In this document: positions 8,240 through 16,368 of the stretch, one piece after another
How positions within the stretch are numbered: the first letter of the stretch is position 1
Layout of the letters: the number at the start of each line of letters is the position of its first letter
Assembly: GCA_029838215.1 (NCBI GenBank)
Contig: JALGVI010000089.1
Coordinates: 1-24,864, forward strand
Source of the DNA: Candidatus Helarchaeota archaeon
Lineage (GTDB): Archaea; Asgardarchaeota; Lokiarchaeia; Helarchaeales; RDOG01
Direction of reading: 5' to 3'
DNA: 24,864 nucleotides
Notes under the pieces: model-generated
The model's database searches: none
What the model was told of the DNA's origin: nothing
The model's input: the letters and a program-made list of their open reading frames with translations, nothing else
Translations under genes and position numbers: made by a program

Positions 8240-9025
8240 TCATGCAGTAAACGGAAAATCCTGAAACTCATGTTCTGAAGCAATGATTTTGGTTTTTAGA
8301 ATTCCGATTAGATTCTCTGCAAGAAAGCTCGCCATCTTGATTGAAACGTTTTGTTTCATCAAGATTGCTGCAAGTAAATAATCCGAAATTGGTTCAATAA
8401 AAAGTAACCGTCCTTCATAAGTCAAAATGGACCTGGTTATTGCCACGCCAGTCTTCCATTGACATTCGATTGCTCTTGTCAGATACGATTTCAATGGTTG
8501 TTTTAATTCGATATTTGATATCATAAGGTCTCCTTTGTTCGTAAAGATCGCAAGTCCTTCAAGGCGGGATTTTTCCTTGATTCGGATTATCTCTTCGAGT
8601 TTTTCAATGAGCATGAACCTGTCAATGTCTGCTTTGATGATGATCAGTTCTATTTGTTTTTCAAATCCGGTAAAGAGCTCGGTGTTCCTATTCCATGCTT
8701 TCAGCTTCGTGCCGAAATTTTGAAAGAATTTCTCGGAAATTCGTCGCAGGATATCTTGTACTTGTGCGGTACTTTCATTTTCATCCACGAAAGCAACAAA
8801 AATATATTCTAAATTATCAAGTTTGCTTTCAATGAATATCAACCGGACGTTTTCCAATTCAAGAATCTCAAGTCGCTTGTCAGTAATTTCTTTTGAGAAA
8901 AGCAACATCGCAGAAAAAAATCCCGAAATCAAATCGGCTTCGACTTTCTTTTTGTCAATAACTGAAAATGTTTGATGAAAAATGCACGTTCCTTTCTTCT
9001 CTAGTATGTAAAAATCGAAAATCAT
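8240..9025 (-). CDS. Longin-domain plus roadblock/profilin-like domain fusion protein
   Basis: The N-half fits a longin (MIFDFYILEKKGTCIF, DLISGFFSAMLLFSKEI, KFFQNFGTKLKAWN..ELF). The C-half fits roadblock-like alpha/beta (LEGLAIFTNKGDLMISN, LLFIEPISDYLLAAIL). Confidence 0.72.
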   Translation of the reverse strand: MIFDFYILEKKGTCIFHQTFSVIDKKKVEADLISGFFSAMLLFSKEITDKRLEILELENVRLIFIESKLDNLEYIFVAFVDENESTAQVQDILRRISEKFFQNFGTKLKAWNRNTELFTGFEKQIELIIIKADIDRFMLIEKLEEIIRIKEKSRLEGLAIFTNKGDLMISNIELKQPLKSYLTRAIECQWKTGVAITRSILTYEGRLLFIEPISDYLLAAILMKQNVSIKMASFLAENLIGILKTKIIASEHEFQDFPFTA

Positions 9026-9151
9026 TTACGATTTCAATCCTTTTCTGGCATGTAGCATTGATACTAAATTAATTGAATGTAAAAACATATAAATGTTGAT
9101 GTGGAAATCAAGCATTATTCATGAGATGAAAATCGGAGCATATTTCATCAA

Positions 9152-10408
9152 TTAATTGAAGATTTTTTCAAAATTTATTATTGCTTTTATATCAGGTTTA
9201 TCGAAGCCGAATGCATTGATGATTTCTTCTCCTTTCTTTTTATCATTTTTTAGAATAATGCTTAAAAAGGGTAAATCTTCAGAGATGACACGTTCAATAG
9301 ATTTTCCTGTTTTTTCCCGAATTTTATAACAAGCATTCACGAGGGGTCCTCTTCTAAATTTCCCCAAGTTTGCAAAATAGAAATTGGGATTATTTCGAAA
9401 GTACTGCACGTTTCGGAACGGAGTTTCGGTTCGTGACAGGGATACGCCTATCGACATGTCTTCAATGACATATGGTAACAGGCTCCAAACTTCAGATTCC
9501 ATTCGATTTTGTATTCGTCCGTAAAAAATATCGGCTCGTGCAAGGAATTGATAAGCATCCACGAGCTCTTTCATTTCTTTCATGTGATGAGGGATTTGTT
9601 CGTTAACCCATTGTAACAGGAGGTTCCAGTCAACATCCGTGTTAGAAATGACATTTCGGATTTTTTGAGGATCCCGCTCAAGAAACATCTGCTTCAGGGC
9701 ATTGAAAAGCATTTCTTCTCGATTACGTGATTGATTTACGCTAATCACGTCTTCGTAGGTGAGAGCATTTTTTCCATCTGCGAGCGATTGGAGGTCCATT
9801 ATTGCAGATCTTAAATCGCCACCCGAATTTTCTGCGATTTTCATTATTGCTTCATATTCTGCTTCGATCCCTTCTTTTTTGCAAATATTTGTAAGGACTT
9901 TTATCACGGAATCTTTCTTGATGGGACGAAATTTTACGACTGTAACCAGCTTGTCGTTTCGTAATGAGGCAATTTTCTTGTCATATAAATCATTACAAGT
10001 CATTATTATGGGAAATTTCGTGGATTTTAAAACGGTCTTTATGGCTGAAACGCCGCCGCGATCTTGATTCCCAGCTAGACCATCCACTTCATCTAATAAC
10101 AAGATGCGTCCCTTTGAAAAAAGAGTATTGTCTAAAGAACTCCTCCCAATTATTCTGAGAATATTATCTTTATTTCGAACATCGCTTGCATTAACTTCGA
10201 CAACTTCATGATCCAAAATCCGTGCTACTACATATACTGTTGAAGTTTTCCCCACGCCTGGTCGTCCTGTTAGCAACAATGCCTTGATCTTTTGCTTCTT
10301 CCAATTTTTAACGAAATCATAAATTTTCTTTACAGCTGTCGGATTTCCAACGATATCAGAAATCTCCTTTGGGAAGTATTTTTCGGGCCAAATATCGTTA
10401 TTCAGCAA
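9152..10408 (-). CDS. rfcL: Replication factor C large subunit
   Basis: WPEKYFPK, Walker A GRPGVGKT, EVNASD, Walker B LLLDEVDG, DRGG and GGDLRSAI. The TTG start lies 2 nt after the rfcS stop. Confidence 0.92.
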   Translation of the reverse strand: MLNNDIWPEKYFPKEISDIVGNPTAVKKIYDFVKNWKKQKIKALLLTGRPGVGKTSTVYVVARILDHEVVEVNASDVRNKDNILRIIGRSSLDNTLFSKGRILLLDEVDGLAGNQDRGGVSAIKTVLKSTKFPIIMTCNDLYDKKIASLRNDKLVTVVKFRPIKKDSVIKVLTNICKKEGIEAEYEAIMKIAENSGGDLRSAIMDLQSLADGKNALTYEDVISVNQSRNREEMLFNALKQMFLERDPQKIRNVISNTDVDWNLLLQWVNEQIPHHMKEMKELVDAYQFLARADIFYGRIQNRMESEVWSLLPYVIEDMSIGVSLSRTETPFRNVQYFRNNPNFYFANLGKFRRGPLVNACYKIREKTGKSIERVISEDLPFLSIILKNDKKKGEEIINAFGFDKPDIKAIINFEKIFN

Positions 10409-10410
10409 TT

Positions 10411-11484
10411 TCAGGTGCCTCCGATTTTTAATTCTTCTTGAAACACTTTAGCAAATCGCGCAAGAAGAACCGTTAATTGAATGTCTTCGGTATTCCCCGT
10501 TAGCAAATCATGATCAACATCTGCAACAAGGAGTGAGAATCGTGCCCTCCATTTCTCCGGGATGGGTTGATTCATGAAAGCATCTTGGAAATGCATTAAA
10601 AATGCCCGTCCAGAGATGCGGTGTTTTTTTAATAAATCACGCATCTTTTCGCGTGCTTGAATAAAATTACCCCGCATTAATGAATAGATCAATTCTTTCA
10701 TCAAGAGCGTGGGAAATATTCTCTTACTCAATTTCAAGATTAAATCAGGGGTAATTGGCTTCTGAAGTGCCACAGCTGCTTGCAAGAGGTTAATGTTTTG
10801 AGTTAGGTTCTTGTTTGGTCCGCGAACCAAGATTTTCAAGGCATCTTCAGAAATAGTTATGTTTTCGTGGATGGTGACATGACGAAGGATTTTAAGCATT
10901 GAATCTTCTCTAAATGGACCAAAATTAAAAGACACGCATCTAGAACGGATTGGAGCTATGATTCGAGAAATATTATTGCAAATGATCATCAGTCGAAAAG
11001 TATGAGTTGAAGTCTCCAAGACTCTCCTTAATGCCTGTTGGGTTCCACGATTAAGACCATCAGCATCATACAATATTAGCGTTCTAAATGGAATTTCAGA
11101 AAGAGATCTTAATTTAGGAAAATTTCTAATAATTGATAGAAGAAGCTCCATCCTGTTTGGCTCAGCACTATGTCCTAGTCGCCTTTTTTTATCAATCTTA
11201 GCCTGATCGAACCAACTTGGATGAGACTCAACGAGATAATCTTTTGGATCAAACGCATTCAGCAACATCGTATTATTAATGTATTCTGCTCCGTAAAGAT
11301 CTCTCAAGAGACACGATGTGGCAGTTAATCGTCCTGAGCCATTTGGTCCACTAATAATTAAATGGGGAAAATTTTTCTTTGCCAAATATTCTTTAAAACG
11401 GTTGATTACGGATTCATGATCAATTATATTTCTCAATGATCGTGGTTCGTATTTCTTAGCCCACCATTCCATGATCTCATTCAT
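10411..11484 (-). CDS. rfcS: Replication factor C small subunit, divergent paralog with degenerate ATP site
   Basis: WAKKYEP, FPHLIISGPNGSGRLT, QQALRR, IIAPIRSRC and C-terminal collar (GNTEDIQL). Directly upstream of rfcL. Confidence 0.88.
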   Translation of the reverse strand: MNEIMEWWAKKYEPRSLRNIIDHESVINRFKEYLAKKNFPHLIISGPNGSGRLTATSCLLRDLYGAEYINNTMLLNAFDPKDYLVESHPSWFDQAKIDKKRRLGHSAEPNRMELLLSIIRNFPKLRSLSEIPFRTLILYDADGLNRGTQQALRRVLETSTHTFRLMIICNNISRIIAPIRSRCVSFNFGPFREDSMLKILRHVTIHENITISEDALKILVRGPNKNLTQNINLLQAAVALQKPITPDLILKLSKRIFPTLLMKELIYSLMRGNFIQAREKMRDLLKKHRISGRAFLMHFQDAFMNQPIPEKWRARFSLLVADVDHDLLTGNTEDIQLTVLLARFAKVFQEELKIGGT

Positions 11485-11627
11485 CCATTCAAGATGATTC
11501 GTCTGTCATTCTTGGTTTAAACTCAGAATCTTTTATTTTTTTATTTTATATCCATGATTTCGTTTTCGGTATTTAAATGGTTGTTCTACTGCCAATTTGA
11601 TTTATAAAATTCATTTAGATAACAAGC

Positions 11628-11635
11628 TTTATATT
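11628..11635 (+). promoter_or_regulatory. Candidate TATA box for the 11759 gene
   Basis: TTTATATT preceded by purine-rich AACAAG, in the divergent intergenic region. Not unique in AT-rich DNA. Confidence 0.35.
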
Positions 11636-11758
11636 AAACTACAATAAAATTAAAAACATTAAATCAAGGATAAAATTTTACGTATTCTAAAATCCTACAT
11701 TATTTGCCAAAGAAATTGAAAAAAGTAGTAGTAAACTTCCTATTGGAGAAGGTTATAT

Positions 11759-12859
11759 ATGTCTGAGGCTGCAAAGAATTATAGAGAGATGCGCGGTGCG
11801 TGGTTTGGTTTCATTGGTGGCTTATTGAGCACGGTTTTTGCCGTAGTAGTTTTATTGCTAGGACCTTCGTTTTTTTCTCATTATCCAAATGTTATTAATT
11901 TCTCAGATCCTCTCAACTCAGGATTCTTTCGGTATTTAAACGATCTTCAGAATTACTTTGCATACAATGTAACAGGAATTCCCTCGCCGGGTCCGAATAT
12001 AATGATTGGTTATTTCATGGTTAGTCTTATTCTTGTTGGAGGCATCATAGCCATGATTGTTGGGCTTCTCAGGCGAAAAGTCTTTGGAATGAGTCTTTCG
12101 GGATTCTTTTTGATAGTTTCTATTTTTATAATCTATTTTGGACTCGCAATATTCACGATTCTTCTAGCATCTGCCCAAGTCACGATTCAGATGTACGTGG
12201 GCATTCCTGAAGTGTATGGTTTCTCGATTGATTTGATTCCTTTAATGGGCTCTTTACTCATCAATATCGTAGCAGGACTAGTTGTATTATTTGGATCATT
12301 TCAGTTGTTTATGGCACGTCCCATACCCATAGCAAATTATCGACGTAAGCGAATGCAATTTCTTGCAAAAGCAGACACGCTTGAACGTGCAGGAAATCCA
12401 GTGAAGGCCATTAAGTTCTACGAAAAAGCTGCCGATCTTTCAATGAAACTAAAAGAGGAAGATAAAGCAACAGAATATTATGCAAAGGCACGAGAAATAC
12501 ATGAAACAGCGATTGAACAAATGATGAAAATCGAAGAGGAAAGAAAACGCAAGGAATTAGCCGAAAGACGTGCAAGACTCGAAGAGGAAAGAAAAGAAAT
12601 CTTGCAAAAAGCGGATGAAGCCGAAGAGAAACAGGATTACATGAGAGCATTCCATCTTTACAGGGAAGCGGCAGATCGATCAGTTGATCTAGGACAAAAA
12701 AAACTGGCAGCACAATTTACTGCTAAGGCAAAAGAACTTCGACGACGAGCAAAACAAATGGAAAAAGCTGAAAAAGAGAAGGCTGTTGCAGAAGAAAAGC
12801 GTAAAAAGGAACTTGAACGAAAACAAAAAGAACTGGAAAGAAGAGCCGAAAAACTATAA
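11759..12859 (+). CDS. Four-TM membrane protein with cytosolic tandem helical (MIT/TPR/SNAP-like) repeats and charged coiled coils
   Basis: Four hydrophobic segments in aa ~14-186, then two aligned units 80 aa apart (KAD at aa 204 and 284). GGAGAAGG upstream. Confidence 0.8.
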   Translation: MSEAAKNYREMRGAWFGFIGGLLSTVFAVVVLLLGPSFFSHYPNVINFSDPLNSGFFRYLNDLQNYFAYNVTGIPSPGPNIMIGYFMVSLILVGGIIAMIVGLLRRKVFGMSLSGFFLIVSIFIIYFGLAIFTILLASAQVTIQMYVGIPEVYGFSIDLIPLMGSLLINIVAGLVVLFGSFQLFMARPIPIANYRRKRMQFLAKADTLERAGNPVKAIKFYEKAADLSMKLKEEDKATEYYAKAREIHETAIEQMMKIEEERKRKELAERRARLEEERKEILQKADEAEEKQDYMRAFHLYREAADRSVDLGQKKLAAQFTAKAKELRRRAKQMEKAEKEKAVAEEKRKKELERKQKELERRAEKL

Positions 12860-12929
12860 TTTTTTCTCAATTTATTCTTAAAATCTAATATTTTTTAACT
12901 TTTTATTTGATTTTTCTGTTTTACAAGGA

Positions 12930-14291
12930 TTATTTTTTCTGGAATTCTCTTAAGAGAATCGTAGCGTAAGAACCCTTTGGTAATTTGAACTTCAACGTGA
13001 TTTTTCTTAAACCAGAATTTAACTCATCATCCATCACGTTTCCTGCTTCAAAACTCAGGGGTGAACAAAGTATTGGTCGAAGAAGACCACGCGAAGAAAG
13101 CCTGGGAAATCTTTCAAGCCTAAAATCTTCGGGCGATACTTTTTCTTCATCTAAAATCTGATTCACGTATTCATTTTTAATTTTGGTTTCATATCCTACT
13201 AATGGAGTGCCAATGGCTGCGGTTCCTTTTTCAATCATGGAATTTAATTTTTCTTCGTTTTTCTTGGATACCTCAAACACGACCTTCGAGGGAAGACCAA
13301 GCGCATCTAATAAAATAACCTGGTCGCCTAGAATGGCTCGTTTAAAGGAAATACCCAATTCATTTCTTCGGCTAAGGATTTTATTGAAGATATAGGATTG
13401 GAATGCAAAAACAAAAATGGTTTGTAAGTGCTTGGGTAACATTAAAAATGCCTTTTCGGGATCCCTATCGTATTTTAAGAGACCCTGAATGATTTTCTTT
13501 TCAAAATTCAGTCTCTTCGGAAAATACTTGAGGGCTTCTTCATAATCGGCATTTTTTGCCAATTTTGCACGAGCATTCTTATCATCTTCGTTTTCAAATG
13601 GATAAATGGCAAGTAAATACTCATTTATTGCTTCTTCGATTTCGTTTCGAAGAATATATTTTCCGATCAAATGTGTATTTGGACGAATATCTCCAAAACG
13701 CTGAGATCCAAAATAGTTCATGAAACCGCCGAAATTTCTCATCTCATTGTGAACTTGTTTGACGATTCGAGTGGTTTCTTCATCTTCTAATGGAATTCTC
13801 CGAACCGTGATGGAAAAATTATTGCCGAGCAGGTCTCCAATTTTTATCATTTTTTTTAAATGTCCGATGTAGGTTAACGTGATTTTTTTGAAGTCGTAAT
13901 GAGTATTCAGGGGAAGGTTTGATCCTGACCGAAATGATATGAGTTGAGAAGTCACTGCTTGTTTATCTTTCATTCCTGCACAGCTAATACTATTCGGTCT
14001 TAGGTTTAGGAGCCTTTCGATTAGATTCATCGCCGTTATCGTATCGATGCCTCTTTTCTTCATTTGGAAGCATGATATTGTTCTCTCTTTTGGAATGCTT
14101 GGACTGCCATGAGCTTGAAACCGATTCAATAGATCCAAGATATCTTCTCTAAAGTGTAATTCGTTCACGATGAAATCGGAATATCGCTCACGTAAGCTTC
14201 CTTTGATTCCTGTCACGTTAGGTGTTGTGAAACGTTCTATTCCCAATTTTTCAAGATCAGATTGAGATAACACGATAGATTTTTCCGTCAA
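12930..14291 (-). CDS. truD: tRNA pseudouridine(13) synthase TruD/Pus7
   Basis: DFIVNE, AGMKDKQAVTSQ (catalytic Asp), GNNFSITVR, NYFGSQRFG and LPKGSYATILLRE. Confidence 0.95.
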   Translation of the reverse strand: MTEKSIVLSQSDLEKLGIERFTTPNVTGIKGSLRERYSDFIVNELHFREDILDLLNRFQAHGSPSIPKERTISCFQMKKRGIDTITAMNLIERLLNLRPNSISCAGMKDKQAVTSQLISFRSGSNLPLNTHYDFKKITLTYIGHLKKMIKIGDLLGNNFSITVRRIPLEDEETTRIVKQVHNEMRNFGGFMNYFGSQRFGDIRPNTHLIGKYILRNEIEEAINEYLLAIYPFENEDDKNARAKLAKNADYEEALKYFPKRLNFEKKIIQGLLKYDRDPEKAFLMLPKHLQTIFVFAFQSYIFNKILSRRNELGISFKRAILGDQVILLDALGLPSKVVFEVSKKNEEKLNSMIEKGTAAIGTPLVGYETKIKNEYVNQILDEEKVSPEDFRLERFPRLSSRGLLRPILCSPLSFEAGNVMDDELNSGLRKITLKFKLPKGSYATILLREFQKK

Positions 14292-14363
14292 ATTGCATTT
14301 TAGAACTATAAGTAATTATTTTAAGGCAAATCAATTAATCAATTTTCTCGTGCGAAGGAATGA

Positions 14364-14732
14364 ATGTTGGATTTTAAATACAAGATGGTCATTCTCATTC
14401 GGACTGACTTGAAAGAGATGCACAAAGGAAAAGCGGCGGTACAAATAGCTCATGCCGCCGTGAAAGCCGCAGATATAATGAGGGCTTTAAAGCCATCGAT
14501 CTACAAGGAATGGATGCGAGAAGGACAAAAAAAAGTGGTATTAAAGGTGTCCTCTCTTGAAAAGCTAATATACCATGAAAGTCTGGCAAAAAAGGAAGGG
14601 ATTCCTTGTGCACTAATTGCAGATGCAGGACTAACACAAATCCCACCGGGAACTATAACCGCACTTGGAATAGTTCCGATTACTGAAGAACAAGCAAAAA
14701 CTCTTGAACTAGATGAATTAAAATTATATTAA
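14364..14732 (+). CDS. pth2: Peptidyl-tRNA hydrolase Pth2
   Basis: KMVILIRTDL..KGK..VQIAHA, GQKKVVLKV and DAGLTQIPPGTITALGI. Confidence 0.95.
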   Translation: MLDFKYKMVILIRTDLKEMHKGKAAVQIAHAAVKAADIMRALKPSIYKEWMREGQKKVVLKVSSLEKLIYHESLAKKEGIPCALIADAGLTQIPPGTITALGIVPITEEQAKTLELDELKLY

Positions 14733-14781
14733 TTTTAGAATGAAAAAATAGAAATTTTTTGAATAAAATTATTAAAATTTT

Positions 14782-15291
14782 CTACTCAAAAGTGATTCTC
14801 ACTCTTATTCCCGTTAGTTGGAAGATCAAGTCCTCGATTATTTCTTTGGATGCGGGAAACTTTTTCGAATCTGCTTTATAAATTCGAGCCTTTTTCTCAA
14901 TTTCTCCTGTAGGAAGATATATTTCATTTATTCCCAGAATTCGTGCCGGAGAAACTAAATCTCCGAGTATTTTTGGTAAGTCCTTTGATTTTTCAATAAT
15001 GCGAAAAGGCTTGCCAAACCTGTCTTGCAACGATTTTTTAATTTTTCCACGCGGACCGATAAATTTTGAAACTTCTCCTTGACCAACAATTAATACGATT
15101 AAGGATCCAGTATCGATGCTACGAAAAAAGCTGGCATCGTTTAAGTTCTTGTTCTCTTTTTCGAGAGCAATGAGTTCCTTGGCAATATCAATGTCCAGAT
15201 CCGTGATCTCACCGTCATCTAATCGTTCTGAACATGAACCACACAGGATGCCCGTTTGGGCGCATATCTTACAAATTGGGAGATTTCGCAT
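14782..15291 (-). CDS. Archaeal NusA-like KH-domain protein with N-terminal Cys motif
   Basis: LPICKICAQTGILCGSC, KH signature KFIGPRGKI, and LVSPARILGINEIYLPTG. Confidence 0.82.
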   Translation of the reverse strand: MRNLPICKICAQTGILCGSCSERLDDGEITDLDIDIAKELIALEKENKNLNDASFFRSIDTGSLIVLIVGQGEVSKFIGPRGKIKKSLQDRFGKPFRIIEKSKDLPKILGDLVSPARILGINEIYLPTGEIEKKARIYKADSKKFPASKEIIEDLIFQLTGIRVRITFE

Positions 15292-15348
15292 GATTCTTAC
15301 TCAATCCTTATCTTCAAATCAGATAGATGCTTTAAAAACTTAAAAATA

Positions 15349-15630
15349 TTGCTTCAGCAACAAGATCCAATTGTTTCTAAAGCAAAAACATTCATTTTTT
15401 CAACATTGGAGAAGATTTCTATCAAGACTTTTTTAATCGAAGCTTTTAAATTTTTTCAAACATGGCTGTTTAAATTCTTCCTTCCACACGAAAATAAGAA
15501 TTTAAATGATGATGAATATTATTTTAATAGGAATCTTTCCATCCCCATCCTTGTAAAAATTAAAGGAAAATTCCTCGTGATTTCCAATCCTAAGTTATCA
15601 GAAAAGAAAATATTTAATGGATGGATGTAA
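15349..15630 (+). CDS. Possible small hypothetical protein (93 aa from TTG 15349)
   Basis: The frame is open for more than 110 codons in very AT-rich intergenic DNA. No recognisable motif and no clear ribosome-binding site. Confidence 0.33.
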   Translation: MLQQQDPIVSKAKTFIFSTLEKISIKTFLIEAFKFFQTWLFKFFLPHENKNLNDDEYYFNRNLSIPILVKIKGKFLVISNPKLSEKKIFNGWM

Positions 15631-15701
15631 TGGACAATACAACTATTTTTTGTCGATCTTTCAATATCTTAGAAAAATAATGTGAGTTTTTGGTGAGAAA
15701 T

Positions 15702-16211
15702 ATGGCAAATAACGTGCGAAAGTCTCAAACGCTTTCGTCTGAAGTAAGAAGTTGGATACTTGACCTCAAAGAGATTGAAAAGACCTTTGAGGAGAAAATG
15801 AATAAAATCGAAAGCTTTATTCAATATGTATTGAGCAAAAAAGAAATGGATCCTTCCGTATTGAAATCTTTTGACGACGACATGTATGATTTTACTAACC
15901 AGCTCTATGACTTGGAACTCCTTTTTGAAGATATAGGCGGGATCGAAGATGATCGCATCATCGACATGAATCCACTTCTTGATAAAATCCGAGATGCCCG
16001 AAAGTTTCTCCTTGATGAAGTTAAAATCTATATCAAGGATTTCATTAAATCAAACCACGGAATGAAGCAAAATGAAATAAGTCAATTGATCAAAGACGAT
16101 GTAATCAAGATGAGAAATAGATATGCCAAGAATTTTAAAGCCATCCAAAAATCGATTTCTGAAACATGGAAAATTCTTGAAGATAATCTCTTAAGAATGC
16201 AGAAGATTTAA
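15702..16211 (+). CDS. Hypothetical all-alpha protein (169 aa)
   Basis: GGTGA 5 nt before the ATG at 15702, which is preferred over 15690. Amphipathic helical pattern; no family recognised. Confidence 0.72.
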   Translation: MANNVRKSQTLSSEVRSWILDLKEIEKTFEEKMNKIESFIQYVLSKKEMDPSVLKSFDDDMYDFTNQLYDLELLFEDIGGIEDDRIIDMNPLLDKIRDARKFLLDEVKIYIKDFIKSNHGMKQNEISQLIKDDVIKMRNRYAKNFKAIQKSISETWKILEDNLLRMQKI

Positions 16212-16256
16212 AAAAAAATCAAATTTCACTCCTTTTTTATTTTAAGTTACAAAAAC

Positions 16257-16264
16257 TTTATATT
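16257..16264 (+). promoter_or_regulatory. Candidate BRE/TATA box for the FAD oxidoreductase operon
   Basis: CAAAAAC followed by TTTATATT, about 105 nt upstream of the ATG at 16369. Confidence 0.4.
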
Positions 16265-16368
16265 TTCACGTATACAAATCAAAAAAAATTATCACTAAAT
16301 TCGGATTATCTTTTAGAATTTTATTTAGCGAGTATTTTTTTATCAAGCATGAAAATAGGCGATTTTAA

